From assembly GCF_049801095.1 (NCBI RefSeq), contig NZ_JBNAGH010000001.1, positions 612,208 to 676,207 on the forward strand: a stretch of DNA of 64,000 bases, in the 5' to 3' direction. Below are positions 1 through 9,641 of the stretch, one piece after another; the first letter of the stretch is position 1, and each line of letters begins with the position of its first letter. Source of the DNA: Dinoroseobacter sp. S76 (GTDB lineage Bacteria > Pseudomonadota > Alphaproteobacteria > Rhodobacterales > Rhodobacteraceae). Below the pieces are notes generated by a model. It searched no databases and was not told the origin of the DNA. It saw only the letters and a list, made by a program, of their open reading frames with translations. The translations under genes and the position numbers were made by a program.

Positions 1-1712
1 TGTTTGACAACGTCCACGGCACCGAGATGAAGACCGCAGAGGAAGGCACCTTCACCTATGCGGATCTGCGCCCCTTTCTGCCCCAGGGCGACAAGATCCA
101 CCTGATCCTGACCACGCGCGCGGGCAGCGGGTTTGACGGGTTCGACACGATCCCGCTCGATGTGCTGGCCTATGACGGCCCGGACAGCGCGGCGGTGAAG
201 CTGCTTTTGCAGGAGGCCGGACAGGCAGACGCCGATGCCGAGACCCGCGTGGTGGCGCAGGGGCTGGCGGCGAAGCTGGGGGGCCTGCCGCTGGCCCTGA
301 CCATTGCCGGGGCACTGGCGCGGGAGGGAGCCAGTTTTCCCGAGCTGGCCGAGCGGATCGGAGAGATCCTCGCCGCCGATCTGCCCAATGGCGACTACCC
401 GGACAGCATCAGGGCGGCGGTGCAACTTTCCCTCGCCGGACTTAGCGCGGATGCCCGCGCCCTGCTGGACGTCGCCGCGTGGTGGGCGCCGGACAGGATC
501 TCGGTGCGGCTTTTTTTGGATGCCCCTGAGGGCGACTGGTGGGAGATTTGCAAAGACGTCATTCCTGAAGAAGTCCAGTCTCTCGTGGCGGACCCGGTCC
601 GTGTGCGCACAGGTTTGCGGGCGCTGCGGGACCGGTCGCTTTTGCAAGGCGGGGCCGAGCTGTCCCTCCACCGCCTGACAGCCTCCGTCCTCCGGTCACA
701 ACAGGCAGGCCAGGGTTGGACAGAGGCGCAATCAGCCGCTGTTCTGTTGAAGGCTTGCTATCCCGGGGGCACGAAAGATCCGCAAAACCCTCATCACTGG
801 GCGGAATCCCGTCAACTGACGCCCCATGTGCTCGCCCTTTGGGACAAAGCGGAGGAGCTCTGGGAAGGAGATTGGAAGGAGCCGGACTGGTCGGCCATGG
901 ACGCATTGCTTAACCAATGCGGTATCTACTTGAGGACTCAAGGTGATCATCCCGAAGAGCTCCGTTGTAACCGGGCGAGCCTGCGCTTGAAAGAAGCACG
1001 TTTGGGGGAGGATTCGCGGGACGTCCCGCGCGCCCTTGGCAACCTGGGTTTGATTTTGTCGAGGCTCGGAGAGTTCGCCGAAGCAGACGCTCTGCTCACC
1101 CGTGCGGTCAAACTTGACGAAACCTATCGCGACCTGAGCGCCGAGCTCGCGGGCAGCTATCTCAAACGCGCGAATTTGGAATTCGAGCGTGCGGAGCACG
1201 GGCAGAAAGCGGATTTCGAGGCTGCGGAGTGGGACATCGTTCGCGCGCGCGATATCTCTGAATATCTCGGCGACACCGCAAATGTTGCCCGAGGGTGGAA
1301 CAACCTGGGCTATCTGCGGCGATTACAACAGCGCGCGCAGGAAAGCGCAGAGGCCGATGAGACGGCCCTCGAAACGCTCCGCTCCCTGCCAGATGCCAAC
1401 CCGGTGGATCTCGCGGCCTATGCGATGAATTCTGGTTCGACGCGATTGGAAGCCGGGCAGGCAGGGACAGCGGAGGGATTGTTGCGCGAGGCCTATCAGA
1501 TCTACTGCGAGATCTTTGCGACGCGGCCCGACCACCAATACCTCAAAACTTCCGCCGGTTGGCTGACTTCTTGCCTGCTGACGCTCGTGCGCGCTGGGGA
1601 TGATCCAGAGGGGCGACAACGGGAGGCGCGCGAGATTTGCGCGCGGCACCGTCTCGACTTCGAAGAGATTGAAGCCGCCGCTGTTCAACTACCCATCAGC
1701 CCGCCGAAGTAA
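1..1712 (+). CDS. STAND NTPase, 5'-truncated at window edge (NB-ARC C-terminal half plus TPR repeats)
   Basis: Reading frame is open from nt 3; first in-window Met is at 27. It has the NB-ARC hallmark motifs 'LILTTR' (sensor-1) and 'GLPLAL' (GxP), then a winged-helix stretch and C-terminal TPR-like helical repeats. The N-terminal P-loop and effector domain lie upstream of the window. Confidence 0.7.
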   Translation, partial: FDNVHGTEMKTAEEGTFTYADLRPFLPQGDKIHLILTTRAGSGFDGFDTIPLDVLAYDGPDSAAVKLLLQEAGQADADAETRVVAQGLAAKLGGLPLALTIAGALAREGASFPELAERIGEILAADLPNGDYPDSIRAAVQLSLAGLSADARALLDVAAWWAPDRISVRLFLDAPEGDWWEICKDVIPEEVQSLVADPVRVRTGLRALRDRSLLQGGAELSLHRLTASVLRSQQAGQGWTEAQSAAVLLKACYPGGTKDPQNPHHWAESRQLTPHVLALWDKAEELWEGDWKEPDWSAMDALLNQCGIYLRTQGDHPEELRCNRASLRLKEARLGEDSRDVPRALGNLGLILSRLGEFAEADALLTRAVKLDETYRDLSAELAGSYLKRANLEFERAEHGQKADFEAAEWDIVRARDISEYLGDTANVARGWNNLGYLRRLQQRAQESAEADETALETLRSLPDANPVDLAAYAMNSGSTRLEAGQAGTAEGLLREAYQIYCEIFATRPDHQYLKTSAGWLTSCLLTLVRAGDDPEGRQREAREICARHRLDFEEIEAAAVQLPISPPK

Positions 1713-2043
1713 CCCTTCCCCGCTCCTTGGGAAGCTTCGTGTCTCTCTCGCGGGTCTTCGAGCGCGGGTTCTCGGAGTGCTGATACAGGGCGATAGCGGT
1801 GGCACGCAGCCGTAGGACGCGCGCATTAGATACGTTCGAGGTGGCATCCGGGTGTTCGAAGAAGCTGAGCGGTGGAAACAGCGTTTGAGCCAAAGTCACT
1901 GCCGCCTCAAGCTCAGATAGATCCAGCCCCAGCGCGCTTGCAATCGTTTCTCGGGCAGTGAGGTCATGAACCTGTCTTTGCGAGGAAGAAACGACCAAAT
2001 CTCTGCCGACGTAGAACGATGCGTCAGCGTGGATACGCGCCAC
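1696..2043 (-). CDS. Small J-domain-like protein (HPD motif)
   Basis: The 115-aa ORF shows 'LGL..(21 aa)..HPD' followed by an 'A..L..A.IALY' pattern, matching J-domain helices II-III. It has a GTG start and no obvious RBS, overlaps the STAND stop by 17 nt, and lies in locally lower-GC DNA. It may be spurious. Confidence 0.3.
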   Translation of the reverse strand: MARIHADASFYVGRDLVVSSSQRQVHDLTARETIASALGLDLSELEAAVTLAQTLFPPLSFFEHPDATSNVSNARVLRLRATAIALYQHSENPRSKTRERDTKLPKERGRVTSAG

Positions 2044-2204
2044 TGGCTGGGTCGAGGCTATGGATCAGCCAGTCCGACACCATGGACTGCATGCATGGTC
2101 GCTTCAGATGCGCATAACGGGCCACAAGGCAACTTGCTTTTCAGGAATGCGGTGGCATTCGCGACGGGCGCGCGCTGCTTCTGACGCGGCGGCGCCCTGC
2201 GGGA

Positions 2205-3872
2205 TCAGACCATGTCGTCCGGGAAGAACCCGCCATCGGCGATGAAGGTGTTGTAGAGCCGTTCGAGGTCCGTCACGCCGTAGAATGTCACCGAGCTGCC
2301 ATTGTCGAAATCCAGCCGGATGCTGTTGTTGCCGACGGTCGCGTAGTTCTGTTCCAGCTCAGCGAGGGACGGAACACTGTCGCCCACGAGCGCGGCATCG
2401 ATGAAATGCGCATCATTATAGATCTCTTCCCCGCCGAAGACGCGGTCATCGCCGAGATCTCCGGTAAAGTAAAAGACATCCGTGCCGCCCTTCCCGATCA
2501 TGATGTCATTGCCGAGATTGCCGAAGAACGTATCGGACTGCTTGCCACCGATCATGATGTCGTTGCCTTCGCCGCCATCGGCCCGCAAAGACGCGCTTTC
2601 GATCTCCTCATCCACGCGGATCCGGTCTCGGCCAGCGCCGCCATAAGCTTCCACGCGGCTGCCCTGCGCGATGATCGTATCTCCGCCATTGCCGCCGAAG
2701 ACAAAATCGTCCTTCCCGCCCAACAGCTCATCCCGGCCCCGCAGCCCGTAGATCCCGTCGATCTCGCCCTCCGTGCCCGAGAGCTCATCGCCAAAGAACG
2801 GGCGCACCGGGTTCTCATCACCCACCACGGAGTTCTCGAAGAGCAGGCCGAGATCCACCGCATCGCGCAACTCGCGAGTCATCTCGGCAAGGTCCGCGAC
2901 CGCCTCATTCAAGGGGTCCGTCAGATCGGCGAGCAGACTGTTGAATTTCGAGTTCAGATCATTGATCGCCTGTTGGATCGGGTTGAACGGCGACAGGAGA
3001 TCGGCGAGCAGATCATTGATCGCGTCGTCAATGCTGCCAAGGCTCAAGCCAATCGCATCAAGCGCAATGTTCACAAGCTCGGTTATCCCATCCACGATGA
3101 ATTCTGCGAAATCACTAATCGCGTTCAGAACGTCGAGCGCACTGAACCCGAAGAGCTTGATCCCGTCGAGCGCGTCTTCCACATCTTTCAGAAGATTTGA
3201 GATCGGATCAAACACCTTTTCCAACGCGCGCTTCAGGCCGGTCGCAACGCTCGTATCCGGCATCGCGTCGGCCAGCGCATCTGCGGCCGTTTCCGCCAGC
3301 GCCGCCACTTCGCTGATCCCGTTCAGAACCTCATTGCGCAGGGCGACATACTCATCCACCGCCTCGTTGAACCCATCAATGCGCGATGGCAGACGGAAGG
3401 ACCCGCCGCCCGGATAGAAGGGCTGATCGCCAAAGCTGGCCTCAAGCCGCGCGGCCTCATCCTCGGCCACGATGAACGCCGTGGCCGCCAGCGTGACGGT
3501 CGTGTTGGCCAGAGAGATCGCCTCCTTGCCGTCCTCAACCGCATCGCGGACCGGGTTCAGCTTGGTGTTGATCTGGTCCATGGTCGTCTTGGAAGTAGAG
3601 ATCGAGGCCTTGAGCCCCTTGGCCGCGCTGTCAAAGGCTTTCACCGCCGTGCCGATGCCGAATGGCAGGTTTTTCAGCACATTGATCACCGAGGTCGGGA
3701 TCGACAAAGCACCACTCGCACTGTTCAGCGCAGAGGAGATGGTCGCGGGGACGCCGAGAAACGCCTCCACCGCGTCGAGGGCATCGCCCACATCCACCGT
3801 CGCGGTTTGAATGGTCCCGAGATCGCTCTCGATGACCGCGACGTTCTCCAGGTAGCGTGTCAGTTGCAGCAT
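2205..3872 (-). CDS. RTX (hemolysin-type calcium-binding repeat) protein, paralog A
   Basis: It has a helical Asp/Leu-rich N-terminal domain of about 370 aa. An 'LRDAVDLGLLFENSV' junction precedes six or more GGxGxDxUx nonapeptide repeats, followed by a ~90-aa C-terminal tail typical of T1SS substrates. The start is ATG with a GGGAAGG Shine-Dalgarno. Confidence 0.8.
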   Translation of the reverse strand: MLQLTRYLENVAVIESDLGTIQTATVDVGDALDAVEAFLGVPATISSALNSASGALSIPTSVINVLKNLPFGIGTAVKAFDSAAKGLKASISTSKTTMDQINTKLNPVRDAVEDGKEAISLANTTVTLAATAFIVAEDEAARLEASFGDQPFYPGGGSFRLPSRIDGFNEAVDEYVALRNEVLNGISEVAALAETAADALADAMPDTSVATGLKRALEKVFDPISNLLKDVEDALDGIKLFGFSALDVLNAISDFAEFIVDGITELVNIALDAIGLSLGSIDDAINDLLADLLSPFNPIQQAINDLNSKFNSLLADLTDPLNEAVADLAEMTRELRDAVDLGLLFENSVVGDENPVRPFFGDELSGTEGEIDGIYGLRGRDELLGGKDDFVFGGNGGDTIIAQGSRVEAYGGAGRDRIRVDEEIESASLRADGGEGNDIMIGGKQSDTFFGNLGNDIMIGKGGTDVFYFTGDLGDDRVFGGEEIYNDAHFIDAALVGDSVPSLAELEQNYATVGNNSIRLDFDNGSSVTFYGVTDLERLYNTFIADGGFFPDDMV

Positions 3873-4003
3873 GTCTCAACCTTCCCTTGCAGTCTTGGGC
3901 ATCGGGCTGAAGGGCCGCGGCGCCGTGTACTGATACTTTCTTGCGATCATCCCCAGAGCGAGAACGGCGCGACGAAGGAGCCGCCCCGGTCCATGCCCAA
4001 AGG

Positions 4004-5734
4004 TCAGACCAAAATTATGTCGTCCACCAAGTCCTGAGCATCGATCCCCGCCACGATGACGCGCGCCCCGTCCACGGTAACCGTGGTGTTACCATTCCGC
4101 TCGGACAGAAGGCTCTCGGGGATCGCGTCGCCCGCATTGGCGCCCGCGACGAGATCGGCCTCGATCAGAAGCGAGTCGAGATTGTCTTCGAAATCCGTGA
4201 CGAACTCGAACCCCGAACCCGCAAGAATAACGAACTTGTCTGCCTCTGTACCGCCGCTGAGGATGTCAAAGCCACGGCCACCTAAAACCGTATCCTTGCC
4301 TTTGCCACCGGAGACATTGTCGAAGCCAAGTCCCCCATCCAGCAAGTCGCTTCCGCCATCCCCCTCGATAACATCACGCCCTGCCCCGCCATAGGCTTCG
4401 TCGTTGTCAGCGCCGCCGGAGAGGGTGTCATTGGCCAACCCGCCGAAAAGGAAGTCATTGCCCTTGCGTCCCATGAGCGTGTCATCGGCGCCAAGACCGA
4501 ACAGCGCGTCCTCTCCATCCGTGCCATCCAGGAAATCCGCGACAGCTTCGCCGCCTGCATCCCCTTCAACACGGTTTTCGAAAAGACTGCCCAGATCGAC
4601 CACATCGCGCAGATCCTCGACTATGGTGGTCAGGTCATCCACCAGCCCATCGACCAGCCCGTTTAGCGTGTCGATCAGCGGATCGGCGAAGGCCAGCAGG
4701 TTGTCCAACGCGTCCAGGACCGGCTGGAGCGGCGTCAGCAGCAGCTCTTCCAGATCATCCGCAAGCCCGCCAAGGTCAATCCCGATGAGGCCGAGCACAT
4801 CCGAAATTACGCCTTCGACGAAATCCTGAACCACCTGAAGCTGATTTCCGAGCTCCTCAAGGATCCCGCAGATATCCACAACGACCGCCGGGATGGTGAA
4901 GCCCGGGGTGATGACTGCGGGGATGGTGATCCCGGTCCCGGGGACCAGCACGCCGAAGACATAGACCGGCGGGATGACGATCTCTGGCGTGATCACCACC
5001 GGCGGCACGACAATCTCGGGCGTCACCTCGAAGACGACGCAGAGCGCCTCCTCGATATCCGAGAGCGCATTGGCAATGGGCTCAAAGACCGTGTTCACCG
5101 CGTCGAGCACCTCATCGACAATGCCCAGATCCGGCAGCAGCGCCGCCAGATCATCAGCGGCCTTGTCCAGCGCGGCCGCGGCGGCCTGCACCGGGGCCAG
5201 AAGGGCCTCCTGCGTGTTGAACCAGGCATCCGCTGCGGTTTCGTATTCGGCAATCCGCGCGGACAGCTCAGAACCATCATAAATGGTCTGGGTGCCGAGG
5301 CTCACGGACAAAAGCGCCGCCTCATCGAGGCGGAACGTATGCTCCACATTGAACCCGGTCAGAGCGATGCCCGCGGCCTCGTTCACATCCGAGAGCACAT
5401 TCACCACCTGGCGCAGAGGCGCCCAGGCATCGTCGAGCGCGCCCATCGCGTCGGCCTGAACCTCGATCTGGTCAGAAGTGAACGCGGAAATATTGTCGAT
5501 GGTCTTCACGGCGCTGCCAATCACGGGCGCAAAGCTCAGGGGCACGATCAGCACGTCAGGCAGATCCAGCGCGTTGGCCGGCACGCGCAGCTTGTCCTCA
5601 AGCTTGCCGGGGATCTCGAGAATGAAGTTCAGTTTTTCCAGACCAGAGCCAAGCGTTCCGGAGGCGTTGGAAGCGGTGACGATATCGTCGCGCACCCGGT
5701 TGACTGTCGTGAGGTAGCCGGTGGCCGTGGTCAT
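4004..5734 (-). CDS. RTX calcium-binding repeat protein, paralog B (with an internal Pro/Val/Ile tandem-repeat hydrophobic segment)
   Basis: It shares the paralog A architecture ('LRDVVDLGSLFENRV' junction, nine or more RTX nonapeptides, C-terminal tail). Start is placed at ATG 5734 ('MTTATGYLTTV'); the ORF-track start at 5779 is GTG with no RBS. Confidence 0.8.
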   Translation of the reverse strand: MTTATGYLTTVNRVRDDIVTASNASGTLGSGLEKLNFILEIPGKLEDKLRVPANALDLPDVLIVPLSFAPVIGSAVKTIDNISAFTSDQIEVQADAMGALDDAWAPLRQVVNVLSDVNEAAGIALTGFNVEHTFRLDEAALLSVSLGTQTIYDGSELSARIAEYETAADAWFNTQEALLAPVQAAAAALDKAADDLAALLPDLGIVDEVLDAVNTVFEPIANALSDIEEALCVVFEVTPEIVVPPVVITPEIVIPPVYVFGVLVPGTGITIPAVITPGFTIPAVVVDICGILEELGNQLQVVQDFVEGVISDVLGLIGIDLGGLADDLEELLLTPLQPVLDALDNLLAFADPLIDTLNGLVDGLVDDLTTIVEDLRDVVDLGSLFENRVEGDAGGEAVADFLDGTDGEDALFGLGADDTLMGRKGNDFLFGGLANDTLSGGADNDEAYGGAGRDVIEGDGGSDLLDGGLGFDNVSGGKGKDTVLGGRGFDILSGGTEADKFVILAGSGFEFVTDFEDNLDSLLIEADLVAGANAGDAIPESLLSERNGNTTVTVDGARVIVAGIDAQDLVDDIILV

Positions 5735-5943
5735 AATGAAGTACCTGTGCTGAACATGACGGGGAAGCGTGTAATGCACAAAAAAGAAGCAAGCGTTTGC
5801 GCGACATTACGCCGAGACCTTGCGTCAAAGCAATAAGTCGCTGAGTTTACCCCCCGTTTACTTCCACAAAATTGCGTCTAAGCGGGGATTGATCGCGCGA
5901 GAGAGTTTTGCCTGCGCCGTAAGACACGCGGGCCGTGTCCGGT

Positions 5944-7743
5944 TCAGAGCGGCCAGATAAAGGGGATGACCGCGCTGGCCAGGATCCCCGTGCTCAGGTT
6001 CAGCGGAATACCAACCTTCATGAAATCCGTGAAGCGATAGCCGCCCGGGCCAAAGACCATCATGTTGGTCTGGTACCCGATCGGTGTCGCAAAGCTCGCC
6101 GAGGCCGCCACCATCACCGCGACGACCAGCGGGCGCGCATCCACGCCCAGGGCCTCCGCGAGCCCGATGGCGATCGGTGTGACCACGACAGCCACCGCAT
6201 TGTTCGACACGAGCTCGGTCAGCACCGAGGTCAGCAGATAGATCGCCCAGATGATCACGAAGGGCGGCAGTTGCATCAGCCCCGGCGCCACCGCATTCAC
6301 GATCAACGCCACCGCGCCGGAGGCATCGAGGGCTGCGCCAACGGCCAGCATGGCAAAGATCAGCGCCAGAAGGCGGCCATCGATGAAGGAAAACGCCTCC
6401 TCCGCGTCGATGCAGCGGGTCAGAAACACCACGGCCACAGCGACAATGGCCATCATCAGGATCGGCGCCACGCCCAGCGCCGAAAGGGTCACCACCCCCA
6501 CCAGCGCGGCCAGCGCAATCGGTGCATGACTCCGGCGATAGGCCCGGGCCGAGGGCTGGGCGATATCCACCAGCCCCACATCCGCGGCAAGGCGCTGGAT
6601 ATCCTCCGGCGCCCCTTCGAGCAGCAGTGTGTCGCCCACCCGCACCACCAGATCATCGAGCTGCCGTCCGATATTCTGGTTCCGGCGGTGCACAGCCAGC
6701 GGATAGACCCCGTAGCGCCGCCGCAGGCGCAGCTGCCCAAGCGACCGCCCCACGAGCCCGCAACCGGGCGTGATCAGCACCTCGACCGTCGTGGTCTGGA
6801 CCGAGCTCAGCTTGTCGACCCCGGGGCCCATCGCCTCCGCCGTCTCGACCGAGCGCGAGGATTTCAGGCTCAGCAGTTCCGCCATTTCCGTGCGCAGCAC
6901 CACGCGGTCCCCGGCCTCCAGCGCCACATCGCTCAAGTCACGGCGCAGGGAGGCATCTCCGCGCAGCACGTCGATCAACCGCACGCCATCGCGCTTGAAA
7001 AGATCGACGCCTCTTGCCTGCTGTCCGATCAGAGGGCTATCCTCGGGGATCGCGACCTCGGTGAAGAACTTCATCTTGGATTTGTTCGACAGAAGCATCG
7101 CCATGCTGTCGCGATCGGGCAGCAGTTTGGGCCCGAGCACCGTGAGGTAAATCATCCCCCAGATCACCACGATCAGGCCAAGGGGCGTGACCTCGAACAT
7201 GGAGAACGCCTCCAACCCATTGGCGCGCGCCACCCCGTCCACCAGCAGGTTGGTCGAGGTCCCGATCAGGGTCAGCGTCCCTCCCATAATCGCCGCATAG
7301 CTGAGCGGGATCAGGATCTTCGAGGCCTTGATGCCAAGGGTTTGGCTGAGCTGGACAAAGACCGGGATCATCACCACCACGACGGGCGTGTTCGACACCA
7401 CCGCCGAGGAAAACACAACGAAGCTGATCAGCACCACGATGGACATCTTGGGCCGCTCTTCGGCGCGCTTTTGCGCGAGAGACGTGAACCAGTCGAGCGC
7501 GCCCGTGCGCACCAGCGCTCCCATCACGATGAACATCGCCGCGATGGTCCAGGGCGCCGGGTTCGACAGCACGTTCAGAGCAGCGTCATAGGGCAGGATC
7601 CCCAGAACCAGCAGAACGGTCGCCCCGCCAATGGCCACGACCTCGGTCGGGTAGGTCTCGCGCAGAAACAGCGCGAACATCGCGATGACCACCGAGAGGG
7701 CAATCAGGGCGTCCTGGGTTGGCGCAAGGCCGAGATCGATCAT
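5944..7743 (-). CDS. DASS/SLC13-type anion permease with two central TrkA-C domains
   Basis: Polytopic membrane halves flank two TrkA_C-like regulatory domains, the citrate-transporter / divalent anion:Na+ symporter architecture. Start is placed at ATG 7743; the track start at 7857 is TTG. The mirror plus-strand ORF 5935..7854 is an artefact. Confidence 0.8.
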   Translation of the reverse strand: MIDLGLAPTQDALIALSVVIAMFALFLRETYPTEVVAIGGATVLLVLGILPYDAALNVLSNPAPWTIAAMFIVMGALVRTGALDWFTSLAQKRAEERPKMSIVVLISFVVFSSAVVSNTPVVVVMIPVFVQLSQTLGIKASKILIPLSYAAIMGGTLTLIGTSTNLLVDGVARANGLEAFSMFEVTPLGLIVVIWGMIYLTVLGPKLLPDRDSMAMLLSNKSKMKFFTEVAIPEDSPLIGQQARGVDLFKRDGVRLIDVLRGDASLRRDLSDVALEAGDRVVLRTEMAELLSLKSSRSVETAEAMGPGVDKLSSVQTTTVEVLITPGCGLVGRSLGQLRLRRRYGVYPLAVHRRNQNIGRQLDDLVVRVGDTLLLEGAPEDIQRLAADVGLVDIAQPSARAYRRSHAPIALAALVGVVTLSALGVAPILMMAIVAVAVVFLTRCIDAEEAFSFIDGRLLALIFAMLAVGAALDASGAVALIVNAVAPGLMQLPPFVIIWAIYLLTSVLTELVSNNAVAVVVTPIAIGLAEALGVDARPLVVAVMVAASASFATPIGYQTNMMVFGPGGYRFTDFMKVGIPLNLSTGILASAVIPFIWPL

Positions 7744-7762
7744 GGGGCGCGCGTGGTCTTGG

Positions 7763-8731
7763 TTATGGCCCTGCCGCAGGAGGCGGCGGAGCGGCGGCCT
7801 TACTGTGCGGAGCGTCAGCCTTGCTGGCAAGGGACGAATTGGCGCGCGGGGTGACAAGGAAGAGACCGACCATCATCAGGGCGGTCGCGGCCCAGACCGG
7901 ACCGGAATAGCGCTCTCCGAGGATGAGCATCGCCCAGAAGAGGCCAAATCCCGTCACCAGATAGCTGACCTGCGCGGCAAAGACCGGACCGGACCGGCCC
8001 ACGAGCCAGACATAGCTGCTGTAGACCAACCCGTGGATCGTGGCGCTGGCCACGAGGGCCGCGTCCGGCGCGCCCCAGGGCGGGCGCGGGTCGATCCACT
8101 GCCCCGAGAGCAGCGCGAAGGGCAGTGCCAGAACGATCCCGACCAGGGAGGCGCCCAGCAGGACCTGCACCGCATCCACCCCGTAAGTGCCCCATTTCGC
8201 GACCACATTCCCCTCCAGCGCGTAGAAGAGCGGCGCCAGCAGCGAGACCGGCACCCAGATCAGCATCGCCGCATCGGGCAGCGCCGTACCGGGCAAAACG
8301 ATCAGGGCGACACCCCCGAGACCACAACAAAGCCCCGCGATCCGCTTGAGTGAGAACTTGTCAAGCCCGAGGGCCAGGGCGATGGGAAAGGCCAGCATCG
8401 GCACAAGAGAGAGCAGAATCGACGTGATCCCCGAGGGCAGGTGCACGATTGCCGCGTAGGAGGCCGAATTGGGCAGCAAGGTGCCGATGATCGCCATGAT
8501 CACATAGAGCCGGATCTGCTTGCGCCCGAGCGGCAGGCGCTTGCCACGCGCCAGCGTGATGGCTCCGAGGACCACCGCCCCCACGGCAAACTGCCAGAAG
8601 ATCAGGCCGAAATGGCCATAGCCTTCGGAAACCGCGATTTTCGAGAGAGGTTGGGTAACCCCCCATCCGGCCCCGAGCACAACCAGCAGACCTGTCAGCC
8701 AGAGCCGCGCGCCGGGGGCCTGATCCGTCAT
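7763..8731 (-). CDS. EamA/DMT family permease
   Basis: Ten predicted TM helices with duplicated EamA-like halves; 4-nt ATGA overlap with ymdB. Confidence 0.8.
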   Translation of the reverse strand: MTDQAPGARLWLTGLLVVLGAGWGVTQPLSKIAVSEGYGHFGLIFWQFAVGAVVLGAITLARGKRLPLGRKQIRLYVIMAIIGTLLPNSASYAAIVHLPSGITSILLSLVPMLAFPIALALGLDKFSLKRIAGLCCGLGGVALIVLPGTALPDAAMLIWVPVSLLAPLFYALEGNVVAKWGTYGVDAVQVLLGASLVGIVLALPFALLSGQWIDPRPPWGAPDAALVASATIHGLVYSSYVWLVGRSGPVFAAQVSYLVTGFGLFWAMLILGERYSGPVWAATALMMVGLFLVTPRANSSLASKADAPHSKAAAPPPPAAGP

Positions 8732-9570
8732 CGGACCGGCGCCGCGTCGGTGACCGGCGCAGGGCCCGCCGCTGCCAGCCGCCCGCCATGGCGGACCATT
8801 TCGACCCGCGTGGCCTTGCCCGTACGGTCATCGGTTTCGACATAGAGCCCCGAGAGCGTCGCCGGCCCCAGCGCCGGCACATAGCGCCCCTTGGACATGC
8901 CGGTGACGAAGCGGCGCATGGGTTCGGCCTTTTCCATACCGATCACCGAGTCGTAGTCGCCGCACATGCCCGCATCGGCCTGAAACGCCGTCCCGCCGGG
9001 CAGGATCTGCGCATCCGCGGTGGGAATATGCGTATGGGTGCCGACCACGACCGAGGCGCGCCCATCGCAGTAATGCCCCACGCCCATCTTCTCGGACGTG
9101 GCCTCGCAATGGATATCCACGAGGCTCGCCTGCACCAGACCGCCCAAGGGGTGGGCGCGCAGAACCCGGTCGAGATCCGAGAAGGGATCCGGGAAGGGCC
9201 TCTTCATGAAGACCTGCCCCAGCACTTGGGTGACGAGCACCTTGCGGCCCTGGCTCGCCGAATAGATCCTGTGACCGCGTCCAGGCGCGTCCTTGGCGAA
9301 ATTCATCGGCCGCAGGATCCGCGGCTCGCTCTCGATGAATTGCAGCATGTCGCGCTGGTCAAAGGCGTGATCCCCAAGGGTCAGGCAATCCGCCCCCGCG
9401 GCCAGCAGCCCTTTGGCGTGATCGGGCGTGAGCCCCGCGCCATTGGACGCGTTCTCGCCATTCACCACCGCAAAATCGATCTTCCACGCCGCCCGCAGGC
9501 GGGGAAGCTCTTCCGCGATGGCGGACCGTCCGGCCCGCCCCATCACATCTCCAAGAAACAGCAGTCGCAT
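8728..9570 (-). CDS. ymdB: YmdB-like metallophosphoesterase (2',3'-cyclic-nucleotide 2'-phosphodiesterase family)
   Basis: 'MRLLFLGDVMGRAGR', 'VVNGEN' and 'GDH' metal-binding motifs; TIGR00282 family. Confidence 0.8.
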   Translation of the reverse strand: MRLLFLGDVMGRAGRSAIAEELPRLRAAWKIDFAVVNGENASNGAGLTPDHAKGLLAAGADCLTLGDHAFDQRDMLQFIESEPRILRPMNFAKDAPGRGHRIYSASQGRKVLVTQVLGQVFMKRPFPDPFSDLDRVLRAHPLGGLVQASLVDIHCEATSEKMGVGHYCDGRASVVVGTHTHIPTADAQILPGGTAFQADAGMCGDYDSVIGMEKAEPMRRFVTGMSKGRYVPALGPATLSGLYVETDDRTGKATRVEMVRHGGRLAAAGPAPVTDAAPVR

Positions 9571-9641
9571 GGGCCACCGTTAGGCCTCTGGCGGCTCCGG
9601 CGCAAGCGTGCTTATGCGCGCCCTTTGCGCGCGCAGGGGGC

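Noticed and set aside
5935-7854. 639-aa plus-strand mirror ORF opposite the DASS/TrkA-C transporter gene
   Set aside because: The product is an Arg/His/Gly/Asp-rich repetitive string. The minus-strand frame encodes a coherent 12-TM transporter with TrkA-C domains.
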